A stretch of DNA of 64,000 bases, taken from the NCBI GenBank assembly GCA_965221275.1, contig OZ244875.1:2704623-2768622 (forward strand). The letters are read 5' to 3'. The DNA comes from Phototrophicaceae bacterium (GTDB lineage: Bacteria > Chloroflexota > Anaerolineae > Aggregatilineales > Phototrophicaceae). The position numbers were made by a program, and so were the translations under genes. The notes below the pieces were generated by a model that did not search any database, was not told the origin of the DNA, and was given only the letters and a program-made list of their open reading frames with translations. Shown in pieces: positions 1-9,300 of this stretch (the first letter of the stretch is position 1; the number at the start of each line of letters is the position of its first letter).

Positions 1-8
1 CAAGGCGG

Positions 9-344
9 ATGTTCTTGCATCTGATGCTGGTATTGGCGAGCGGCACCGTCGGCTTTTATTTTGAATATACTGGCGAGCTCGACTACGCCTCGATCATGTA
101 TGGCTTGGGCGCTTTTTGCATTCTGTTGGTATCACTCGCCTATATCGACTGGAAGAATTACAATTACAAGCTCGAGTCAAAGCTGCGGCAAGTGGAAACG
201 CAGATGCGCCAGCTGCAGACCGAAGGCAAGCAAGTGATGAAGCGCTATCATCCCATCGAGATGCAAATCAAGACTTTGATCGCCCAATACAAGCGAACCC
301 GCGCCGGCATCTCCAACTCGACAGAAATACCCATGCTGGCTTAA
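9..344 (+). CDS. Hypothetical small membrane protein (two predicted TM helices plus a charged coiled-coil-like tail). The frame is open to the window edge, so the 5' end may be truncated.
   Basis: 111-aa ORF. Hydrophobic stretches LMLVLASGTVGFYF and YGLGAFCILLVSLAYI are followed by KLESKLRQVETQMRQLQTEGKQ. No family recognised. It converges on the next gene with a 4-nt overlap. Confidence 0.35.
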   Translation: MFLHLMLVLASGTVGFYFEYTGELDYASIMYGLGAFCILLVSLAYIDWKNYNYKLESKLRQVETQMRQLQTEGKQVMKRYHPIEMQIKTLIAQYKRTRAGISNSTEIPMLA

Positions 345-1498
345 GCGGGGTCAAGGCGATAGAGCTCCCCGCCATAATCTATGACGTAGATCTCGCCAGC
401 CGCATCCTCGCCAAAACTGCTGATCTGTGTGCCCGTGAGCATGAATAGGTCAGTTTTCCAGGTTGAGTCATCATCGCGCCGAGACGCCCAAATTCGGCCG
501 CTGCAATAATCTCCAAAGAGATAAGTCGCATCTAATTCTGGGATCGCCTCGCCACGATAGACATAGCCGCCGGTGACTGAACAATCCATGCCCCCTCGGC
601 CGTATTGGTAGAATGGCAGCACATGATTAGGCGCATCTCCGCCGGCGAAGATATGTTTGCCCTCCCAGACATTCCAGCCATAATTCTCGCCGCCTTTGCT
701 GTCGGCGGGCTGGAAATTGACCTCCTCCCAGCGGTTCTGGCCAACATCGGCCAGATACATATCGCCGGTCAAGCGGTCAAAGCTGAAGCGCCAGACATTG
801 CGCAAGCCATACGCCCAGATCTCGTCCAGCGCCGCGTCATCGCCGACGAATGGATTGTCTGGCGGGATGGTATAAAGCGCGCTATCACGAACGTCAATAC
901 GCAAGATCTTCCCCAGCAGCAAACGCAGATTCTGCCCAGCGCCCAGCGGGTCATTTGCCGAGCCGCCATCGCCAAGGGTGATATAAAGATAACCATCCGG
1001 TCCAAAAGCGAGATGCCCTCCATTATGATTGCTGTAAGGCTGCGCCAGTTGGAAAATGATCTGTGCGCTACTGGCAACGGCACTATCCGGATCTTCCGCT
1101 GAAACTCGATAGCGGGCGATGACAGTTCCGCCATTGTGATTCGTATAGTTGATGTAGAAAATGCCGTTACTAGCGTATTCCGGATCGAATACCAAGCCCA
1201 GCAAGCCCTGTTCGGTATAGCGGTTGGTTAAAGCCACCGGGGTGATCAAATGTGAAATATCGAGAAAAGGCTGTGCCGAACGCACCCTGTCTTGCAGAAT
1301 CCAGATCTTGCCGCTCTGCTCGACCAAAAACAAGCGGTTCGATCCATCGCCGGCATGTGTCACATATAGCGGGCGGGAGAACCCGGTGGCGATCGGCGTC
1401 AGTTTGACGATGCCATCAAGAGACACAGCTTCTTGCGCAGATACCGCCGCTAGCGAGAAGACGAATACGAGCAAAATGACGCTGCCAAAAGTCTTCAT
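341..1498 (-). CDS. PQQ-dependent sugar dehydrogenase (soluble glucose/sorbosone dehydrogenase family), secreted
   Basis: 385 aa. Signal peptide MKTFGSVILLVFVFSLAAVSAQE. Family motifs LFLVEQSGKIWIL, YSNHNGGHLAFGPDGYLYITLGDGG and GLRNVWRFSFD. Confidence 0.8.
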   Translation of the reverse strand: MKTFGSVILLVFVFSLAAVSAQEAVSLDGIVKLTPIATGFSRPLYVTHAGDGSNRLFLVEQSGKIWILQDRVRSAQPFLDISHLITPVALTNRYTEQGLLGLVFDPEYASNGIFYINYTNHNGGTVIARYRVSAEDPDSAVASSAQIIFQLAQPYSNHNGGHLAFGPDGYLYITLGDGGSANDPLGAGQNLRLLLGKILRIDVRDSALYTIPPDNPFVGDDAALDEIWAYGLRNVWRFSFDRLTGDMYLADVGQNRWEEVNFQPADSKGGENYGWNVWEGKHIFAGGDAPNHVLPFYQYGRGGMDCSVTGGYVYRGEAIPELDATYLFGDYCSGRIWASRRDDDSTWKTDLFMLTGTQISSFGEDAAGEIYVIDYGGELYRLDPA

Positions 1499-1586
1499 GG
1501 GCTTCCCTTTTTCTGAGTTTATCCTTTAGGGGGTAATGGATTACTGGAAATCCTTAACGATAACCTAGTCTGTATCGCGGGAGGTG

Positions 1587-3995
1587 TCAAGCGCGGGCGG
1601 GCTGACCCCGCAATAGCCGCGAAAGAATCTTGTAATTGTTAGCGCGCTCGGGCGCATCGATCCGCTCATCGCCATGTATGTGCCGCAAGCAGCGCACGAG
1701 ATGAGACTCGATGACGTGTTGGCTGCGCGTGCGAGATTTGAGCCAGCTCTCGCCCCAGATCTCGGCGGCGACGCTGATGCAGTGCAGCGCTTGTTCGTTG
1801 AGCGCCTGGTTGATCGTTTTCGGCAGCAACTCGTCGATGAGATGCCAGCGCATATCTTGCCATTTGCCAGCCGCGATAATGGCGCCGGCAAACAGCACCA
1901 CATTGCGCCAGCGCGCATAATCATGACAGAGCAAGGCGACGATATTCTGTGGGAAGATCCAGCCTTCCGGGCTCGCTGCTTTTAGCCCTGCTGGCATCTT
2001 GCACTCGTCATAAAATTCCAGCAAGGCACAAGCCGCCAGGTATTCTTGAATAGTCAAGTGTGGGAAGCGATACAAGTTGGGCGCATCGGAAACCAGGATG
2101 CCATTGCGTGTGGCGAGGTACTCAAGCACGTCTTCGATGCCGGCTCCCAAGCCGCCGCCAAACGCTTGCTGCTCAATCAATTTGTCCAAGAGCCGCGCCC
2201 GATCGATGATGGTCGGGTAACGCTGGTAGCTCTGCTGCTCCGAATGTAGCTCAAAGGCGATCAATTTCAGCGCCGCCCGCATCCGATCCAAATTGATATT
2301 GGACAATTTTTCATGCAGTTTATCGGCTGGCGAGGGGATATTCCAACGATCGAGCAGCTCAACCGTGTGCTCGTAAAGCTCGGCGCGCTTGTCTGGCAAT
2401 TGACGATAATCCTCATGGATCAAGGTGAGCAGCGCCAACATCAATGGCTGTCGCGCCAGGGGCCACAATGCCCTGTTCTCTCTGATCGCTTTGTAAAGAT
2501 CAGCCACCATCAAGCCAGCCTGTTTGCTCGCCACTGCTCGCCCACCAAGCACGCTGGGGCGATTCTCCGCGACATTGGCATACCAGCGCTCTATGTATGT
2601 TTTCACTTGTTGCCAGGTGAAAGGCGCTAATTCAGCCGAGGCGAAGCGATCTGACAAGTGCCAACGTGAATCATGCCGATACGCATAAGTGCGGCTGGTG
2701 ACAATGATGCGGCAATTGGGAAAACGATCCGCCCAATTCTCGATAATCCGCTGCAGGATGATGCGGTCGCTCTCTTCATAAACTTCATCCAAGCCATCCA
2801 AGACCAGCAGACTACCATGCGTCGGCACATCGGTTTGGGTCAGATATGCTTCCAGATGCGGTCCCAGATTGCCGGTGGCTTCTTTAATGTAATTCAGCAG
2901 ATGTTCTGATGAACTTTCGTTCAGCGATTTGGGGAAAAGCTCTTGCCGGTTGGCGAAATCGCGCAGGCTGACATAGATCGGCAAGATGGGTCCATGGATC
3001 CAGGAGGCGCCCAACATCTCCAACCCTTTGACTTTGTCCTGCTTTTCAGCCCGCGGGTCACAGGCATAGGCGAGGGCGGTGACGATAAAGCGGCAAAGCG
3101 AACTCTTTCCCGTTCCGGCGGCCCCCGTGATGACGATCAGCGAGTGCGCGGAGATGACTTCAAAGACCGATTCGCGCACATAGCCCATATCTTTTTCAAT
3201 CGCTTGATAACGCCGCGCGTTCAGCTCTTCAATACCGACGGTGTGGAACTGCCGCTGGTCAGTCCAAATATCAACGGGTGTGTACAGTTGGTGTAACATG
3301 GCGGGTGTATGATGCTGCGAGGCGGGATGAATGACCGTGGTGGGTATGTTCCACTCGGTGCGCACCGCGGCAAGATAATTTTTGAGCGCCGATTTGTTGC
3401 CGTGATAATGCTCGGCGACAATATTGACATCTTGCCCGGCGAATATGACATGCCCCCCCGCCGAGATGGTCCCCGCTTGTACGCGCACGGCTGAGGGATA
3501 ATCCCCATATTCGCGCATCGCTTCCAGCAGGTTGCGGGCGAATTGTATCGCGCGTTGCCCCTGATTCGCCGAGCCATCCAAACCGCCAGTGGCAACGATC
3601 AACCAATCCAAGCCCACCAACTCATCGGCATTGAGCCGCTCCGGTAGCAGCTCGTCACCAGCCAGCTCCTCGGCAGTGCGGTTGTAATTTCGGTCTCGAT
3701 AGATCTCGGTCAGGCGTTTGCTCAACGGCGCGCAATAACGAAATTTCTTCAGCAACCGCCGCAGCAAAGTCAGCTTGGTGCTCGGGTTGGGCATCACCGG
3801 CGTGAACACCATCATGACCAGTTTTTGATAAGGTGAAGCCAGGGTGGATTGGTCTGCTTGTCGTTTAAGGGTGGACCAATTACTCTGGACAAATTTGCGC
3901 CAGGCAGCCGGAGATGCGATCATCAGTTGGCTGGGGCCGGCGCGGTTTTTTTTTGTGATAGCATCGCTAGCATGTCGTCGGGCGCGCTGATTCAT
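1587..3995 (-). CDS. Stand-alone NACHT/STAND P-loop NTPase with an unassigned N-terminal region of about 290 aa and a helical C-terminal region. Last gene of the TIR/STAND operon.
   Basis: 802 aa. Walker A GAAGTGKS (nt 3102-3125, verified on the reverse complement). Walker B LLVLDGLDEV. Pre-NACHT segment KNYLAAVRTEW...LYTPVDIW. N-terminal GHVIFAGQD (nt 3429-3455) is shared with the upstream small protein. No recognisable repeat sensor. Confidence 0.85.
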   Translation of the reverse strand: MNQRARRHASDAITKKNRAGPSQLMIASPAAWRKFVQSNWSTLKRQADQSTLASPYQKLVMMVFTPVMPNPSTKLTLLRRLLKKFRYCAPLSKRLTEIYRDRNYNRTAEELAGDELLPERLNADELVGLDWLIVATGGLDGSANQGQRAIQFARNLLEAMREYGDYPSAVRVQAGTISAGGHVIFAGQDVNIVAEHYHGNKSALKNYLAAVRTEWNIPTTVIHPASQHHTPAMLHQLYTPVDIWTDQRQFHTVGIEELNARRYQAIEKDMGYVRESVFEVISAHSLIVITGAAGTGKSSLCRFIVTALAYACDPRAEKQDKVKGLEMLGASWIHGPILPIYVSLRDFANRQELFPKSLNESSSEHLLNYIKEATGNLGPHLEAYLTQTDVPTHGSLLVLDGLDEVYEESDRIILQRIIENWADRFPNCRIIVTSRTYAYRHDSRWHLSDRFASAELAPFTWQQVKTYIERWYANVAENRPSVLGGRAVASKQAGLMVADLYKAIRENRALWPLARQPLMLALLTLIHEDYRQLPDKRAELYEHTVELLDRWNIPSPADKLHEKLSNINLDRMRAALKLIAFELHSEQQSYQRYPTIIDRARLLDKLIEQQAFGGGLGAGIEDVLEYLATRNGILVSDAPNLYRFPHLTIQEYLAACALLEFYDECKMPAGLKAASPEGWIFPQNIVALLCHDYARWRNVVLFAGAIIAAGKWQDMRWHLIDELLPKTINQALNEQALHCISVAAEIWGESWLKSRTRSQHVIESHLVRCLRHIHGDERIDAPERANNYKILSRLLRGQPARA

Positions 3996-4046
3996 CGGCA
4001 GCTCTCGATATCAAAATGGAAAAACGGCTGACCACTAGAAACTGTA

Positions 4047-4595
4047 TCAGATCTTCTTGGGCGATCGATGCCGCGAAATCGCCTCGTGAAAATTGAAAGC
4101 GACTTCCCCAGCGCTGGCGAGAATAGCGCCAACCAGCGGCTGATCAAATAGCGTCATGGCGGCGGCGGTCAAGGCGGGGGAGAAACGCAAAAGCGATTTC
4201 GCCGCGCGCACCAGAAGGCGAGTATTCGGCTTCTTGCTGGTGGTCAATTGCTGCTCAACCGTCTGCAGGTCGTGCATGGCGGCTTCCTGAGTTTCGCTAG
4301 GGAGTTCTTCTTTTTTGATCGTGTCTTCGATATTACGAATACACTGGATCATCATATCCAATTCTTGTGGCGTTGTCTCGACGCCGCCGACAGTGACAGT
4401 CTGGGTCGTATGCTGCGCTACATCGCCGCCCGTCTGCACTTTGACTTGGCCATCCCGCCCGGCAAAAACCACGTGCCCAGTGACGGATAAATGGTCGATT
4501 TCGATGTTCATATCACGGCGGTATGGCATAGTTTCTTCCAGGCTACGTTCGCTTGAGTCCATTGTCATCATCCCTTCTTTTCTGCCTGCGAGCAA
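4047..4595 (-). CDS. Small hypothetical protein (about 170-182 aa), adaptor-like. It has an N-terminal Gly/Val-rich beta-like segment, an acidic helical middle and a moderately hydrophobic C-terminus.
   Basis: The ORF lies between the TIR-FGE gene (29-nt gap) and the NACHT gene (51-nt gap) on the same strand. It contains GHVVFAGRD (nt 4452-4478). The start is uncertain: TTG at 4595, or ATG at 4562 preceded by GAAGGG-N9. No family recognised. Confidence 0.55.
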   Translation of the reverse strand: MLAGRKEGMMTMDSSERSLEETMPYRRDMNIEIDHLSVTGHVVFAGRDGQVKVQTGGDVAQHTTQTVTVGGVETTPQELDMMIQCIRNIEDTIKKEELPSETQEAAMHDLQTVEQQLTTSKKPNTRLLVRAAKSLLRFSPALTAAAMTLFDQPLVGAILASAGEVAFNFHEAISRHRSPKKI

Positions 4596-4624
4596 GTCTA
4601 CACTAACGAGCTATCTAAATCTGT

Positions 4625-6343
4625 CTAGGTCAATCCAACCAGCCGAATGCCAATTGAAGAATAGCGCACCTTGGGATCCAAATAATAGCGGATGGAGGTC
4701 TGGGCGCGGTCACAGGTACTGACGAAACTGCCCCCAGCCACCGCCCGTCGATAATCCCGCCCTTCTTCCGTCGCATCGGCGGTATTCAGGGTCCATTCCC
4801 AGATATTGCCTGCCATGTCAAATACGCCATAGGGGCTGACGCCTTTGTGATAACGGTCGACCGGCGTTGTCGTTCTCAAGCCCGTTTCTATTGTGTTGCA
4901 ATGTTCCTCGTGATATTCGTCTCCCCAAGGGAAATAGCGATCATCGTCCCCTTTGGCGGCGCGCTGCCATTGCGCAATCGTCGGCAGGGTGATCTTCATC
5001 TTGAGTTGATGTGCCAGCCAGTTGGCGAATGCCATCGCTTCATACCAGTTGACATTCTCCCGCGGATGCTTGCCGCCGCTGAAATGCGACTTAGACGGAC
5101 CTTTGCTCGACTTAAACCAGCGCTGGGCACGAGCGGAAAATTCCCACCAGCGCGGATTGCGGTAGCCATCTTCGGCTTGTACGAAAATGGCGAATTGCGC
5201 GTTAGTCACTGGATACTTACTCATAACAAAGTTGTCAACCTGCTCGGTCCTCTCGCCGAAGTCTTCATCTGCTCCCACAATGCTGGATACTGTGACGGTG
5301 CCGTGGGGAATGTCACACCATTTTAGCATAGGCAGAATTTCTTTGGTGCTCAACGTTGAATTATTGTCAAAGATATGGTTCGTCGGCGTCGCGCCGATTG
5401 CCTCGAACCTTGGCGGCTGCTTATGCCCAGGTCTGGGATTGTTCGCTGACGGGTTTGCTGGTGGTCTCACAGGGCTTTGGCTGACATCTTGCTTGTCTGC
5501 ATCCAAAATTGAGTCTGCTCGTGGCGGGGCATTTCGCTGGTTCGTGCTCCCATTTGGTGGATTTTCACCGGTAGCAGGCAGGCTGGAATCGCAGAAGCGG
5601 CGCAAGTTTTGGGGATCGTAATCGCCAAATTCTTTTCTGAACTCCGCCAGCGCTTCGCAAGCCATCTGCCGGGTACTCGCAAAATTGAAAAGCGCCACAA
5701 TATGCTCATACTCGCGTTCCACTTCGCGGTCTTGTGTCCGCTCTTTCAAAGCTGACTCAGCGATACGCAGCAGCTTGTCCAAGCGAATAAACTTTGATTG
5801 ATAGCCGCTGGCTCGCGCCCGCTTCAACAAAAGCACGGCATTATCGTAGTCGCCTTGTTCCAGTGCCTCGATGGCGTTGCTGACCCATTGAACGGGGTTG
5901 TCTTTGACAATGGGGTCGCTTTGGGGGGCCGCGCTGGCGATAGGCGGCGCGGTTTGGGCAGCGCGTTGCCGTTCCACGATCAAGATGGCATTCAACAATT
6001 GTGAGACATTTTCCACTGTCAAATTGTCGGATAGATCCACATATTGCCAGTCTTTCATGTTGTCTGGCAGCACCGTATCTTGGTTGATCAGCACCGGTAT
6101 GATGTCTCGCTTCAGCCGGTGGGCAATATCCAATTCGCGGCGACAATAGAGCGAGGCGATAGAATCCGGCGATAGCAGGTAGATGAAAACATCGCACCAA
6201 TCGAGCCGGCGCAGTATCTCTTTCCACCAATCTTGGCCCGCGTAAAGCCGCTGATCATACCAGACATCATGCGCGTGCAAGGTCTCGATGATGCGGATAC
6301 AATAAGGCTTGTCGACCCGCGCATAACTCACAAAGATTTTCAT
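4625..6343 (-). CDS. TIR domain protein fused to a C-terminal FGE-sulfatase (SUMF1/formylglycine-generating-enzyme-like) domain
   Basis: N-terminus MKIFVSYARVDKPY...VFIYLLSPDSIASLYCRRELDIA is a TIR_2-type fold with the conserved Glu (codon 6134-6136). A Pro/Asn-rich linker follows. C-terminus has FVMSKYPVTNAQF, HPRENVNWYEAMAFANWL, GVFDMAGNIWEWT and GGSFVS...IGIRLV, typical of the FGE-sulfatase fold. I moved the start to ATG 6343, which overlaps the upstream stop as ATGA. The track ORF extends to 6385. Confidence 0.85.
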   Translation of the reverse strand: MKIFVSYARVDKPYCIRIIETLHAHDVWYDQRLYAGQDWWKEILRRLDWCDVFIYLLSPDSIASLYCRRELDIAHRLKRDIIPVLINQDTVLPDNMKDWQYVDLSDNLTVENVSQLLNAILIVERQRAAQTAPPIASAAPQSDPIVKDNPVQWVSNAIEALEQGDYDNAVLLLKRARASGYQSKFIRLDKLLRIAESALKERTQDREVEREYEHIVALFNFASTRQMACEALAEFRKEFGDYDPQNLRRFCDSSLPATGENPPNGSTNQRNAPPRADSILDADKQDVSQSPVRPPANPSANNPRPGHKQPPRFEAIGATPTNHIFDNNSTLSTKEILPMLKWCDIPHGTVTVSSIVGADEDFGERTEQVDNFVMSKYPVTNAQFAIFVQAEDGYRNPRWWEFSARAQRWFKSSKGPSKSHFSGGKHPRENVNWYEAMAFANWLAHQLKMKITLPTIAQWQRAAKGDDDRYFPWGDEYHEEHCNTIETGLRTTTPVDRYHKGVSPYGVFDMAGNIWEWTLNTADATEEGRDYRRAVAGGSFVSTCDRAQTSIRYYLDPKVRYSSIGIRLVGLT

Positions 6344-9300
6344 AGTGCGTTCTGCTTTTCCGCCGCGAGCAGTAGAGCGCGGCATGCATCGCTGTCGATA
6401 CGTCGTAAGGCCTGGATCGCCAAATCCCGCAGTGATTCCTCCTCCCAGGAAGGTTTGGCATCATCGTGAAGCAATTGTTGCAAAAGCGGCAAATCGGTCT
6501 CGTCCATATCTGGCGCCAATTGCTTCATAGCATACCAGCGCAGGTGTAGATAACCATCGCTGAGCGCATATTCGAGCTGGCTACGGACATCAGTTGGCTT
6601 GATCTGGCAGATGGCTTTGAGAGCGGCAAGGCGCACAAAACCATCCGGGTCGCGTTTTAGCGTTTCACTGAGCATGGGGATCGCTCCCTCATATTGCAAT
6701 TCGCCGAGGGCTTCGACCGTGGCTTCCCGCACAGCTTTTTGCGAGCTTTGCAGCAAGGGCATCATTCGATCGACACTGTCTACAGCGCCCAGCTCGACTA
6801 GGGAGCGAACTACCGCGACCTGTACAATCCAGCTTGGGTCATTGAGTCCTTCGCTCAAATATGGGATTGCCTCTCGATTTCGCAGCATCGCCAAGGCTTC
6901 CGCCACTGCCCAGCGCACGCTCCAATTGTCATCGCTCAAGCTGCTGCACAGCAAACGCATAATTCGCAGGTTGTCCCTTCCACGCAGGTACTTGGCGAAC
7001 TTGCGCAAGAATTTGGCTGCTTTTTGCGTCCTGCCCCAATCATCATCGCGCAACACTTCCAAGGTTCGGGTGATCTTTTCCTCGTCGCTGAATGCATCTC
7101 TGGATTGTTCGGTGTCTCTACTGCTTTCTGCATCGGACGCTGAAATCGATTCCTCCAGGCGTGGCTCTGCATTTGCGATGGCATCCAAGGCTGCTCGCGC
7201 ATGTCGGCTGAGACTGATGTCATCATCGCTGGCTCGCCTTCCATCATCAAGCAGTTGTCTCAGTTCGGCCGTCGCCGGCTGATATTGCGCATCGCCTAAA
7301 ATCGAAATTGCCGCGGCGACTGTTCTGGCATTATCGCTATCGAGCAAATCGATCAAGGCTTCGTAATCCACCGCGGTCGCCGTTTTGAGCAGATCAATAA
7401 TTGCAGCGACAATTTCTTGATCGGGGTCGGACAAGGCGGCGATGACCGCTTTTTGGGCGGCGGGTTCTCCCTCGAATTGGCAGAGCATTTCATAGGCAGC
7501 CAACCGCAGGCTTTTGTCATCATCGTTCGTCGCTTCAAGCAAGAGTGGTAGAATGGCGGCGGTCGGATAGTCAATCAGACGGTTGAGCGCGCGGTGACGC
7601 TGTTGCCAATCGCTATGGTGCAACTGCTCTAGCAATTCAACCGGCAGAGCGCTGGTAGGCGCAGCTGCCACCGAGGATTTGTCGAAGAGCGGCTCTCCAT
7701 AAACGAGCGCTTCGAGATTGCTACCGGCGATGATGGTTGGCTCGGGAGGGTCCTCCAGCACGCGCTCTATGGCGCTGAGCAATTGCTGAAAGCCCTCGCG
7801 ATTTGGCAAATGCTTGATCGCCCCAGCCAGCAAATGCTGAAGCTCGTTGCTGTTTTTCTTGCCTAAGAGCGCCATTTGAATCATATCGGGCAAGTCCACC
7901 TGCTGCGCGGCGACTCGCGCCAGCCCAAGGGCAATATCGCTTTCCGCCGTATTGACGACAATCTCATAAAACTCCGGATTCAGCGTCAGCCGCCCGGCAT
8001 CGGCAAGAGCGAGCAGCTGGCTAGATACCAGCCGTTTCTGCTCGGCGAGTGCCTCGATAACAACACTGCGATGCTGCGGATTATCCTGCGACCAATGCAG
8101 CACACGGGTCAAAATATCGGAATAAGCGTATTTCATCAGCGCCAGCACGATCTCGCCCCGGTCATCATCGTGCCAATCTTCTTCCAGGCAATTGAGTAAG
8201 GGCAGAGCGGTCGGCAAGTATTTGAGTTCGCCCAAGATCCAGATCGCATTGCGCCGCAGCCGCAGATCTTGATCTTGCGACAGCTTTAGCAAATAAGCCA
8301 CCGATAGCGACAGCGGGTAGCCCGCCAGTTGATCGATCTCGCTTGCCGGCGAATTGCGGTCGATCTCCGCCACGGTCTCGATGAAGTCGATCGGCAATTC
8401 CAGCGGCAGGGCACGGATTTCATGCCAGAGCCATAATTGCTTTGGATTGTCATAATGACCCAGTTGTTGAATCAGTAAATCGGCAGTGATGTCCGGCTTT
8501 GGCAAATTACGGACTGCTTCACGAAAGGCGTTTTGCGCTGTGGGGTTTTGCGCGCACAATTGCACTAGCTTGGCAATCAGCCTCTGTTGATAACTGCCGT
8601 AGAGCTCAGGATGTCGCTGCAAACACATATTGGCAACAAAGGGGTCGATATCGACGATCCTGTCAATGGCGCGCAGGCGATTCTCCTCCGTCAGCGAATC
8701 GACCACCAGCAGCGCCAAACTGTCCCATTTCTGGCGCCGACGCCCGCCTAGCGCCGAGAATTCGGGACTGGTCAGATATTTTGCCATGCCATCTTTTTTG
8801 AGATTCTCGATGGCGAGATAGCTTTGGAAGATCTCGGATGTGAAATGGAGTTTTTCATGTTCTATGGAGACAATCCCCAACTCGAGCGCGCAATCGATGA
8901 TGCCGGCGTCCGCCCCTTGTAAGCTGGCGGAATTCCGCGGCAAGAAGCGATGATTGTCTTGCAACATCATCGACCAGGCAAGGGCTTGCAAGAATTTCAG
9001 CACTTGCTCGGTCCGCAAACCCCTAAACGCGCTGGGCAGCTGCCGCGAGCGCATAGCGATCAGTGCGGGCAGCGGATTTTTCTGCCATTGGCTGAAGGCT
9101 AAAGAGCGATCGTTCGCTAGCAACTCCAAGCCGATTGACAAATAATCCAGTTGGCTATTCTCAATCAGCGGTCTTTTTTGACGCAATAGCTGTCGGAAGC
9201 TGTTTTGTTGTTCCAGGGTGAGGTAGCCGCTGGCAAACTTCTGTGCTAGCGCGGTAGTCAGCGCCTTTGTTTCCAGCACTGGCAGGCTTGGCTCGGCATT

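Noticed and set aside
605-1102. 165-aa plus-strand ORF inside the PQQ dehydrogenase gene
   Set aside because: It is antisense to a gene with a signal peptide and strong family motifs.
4440-4500. Possibility that the GHV[VI]FAG motif marks a bactofilin-like domain (a bactofilin is encoded at 48869)
   Set aside because: Only a single short strand-like motif is shared. The multi-repeat beta-helix pattern of the genuine bactofilin is absent.
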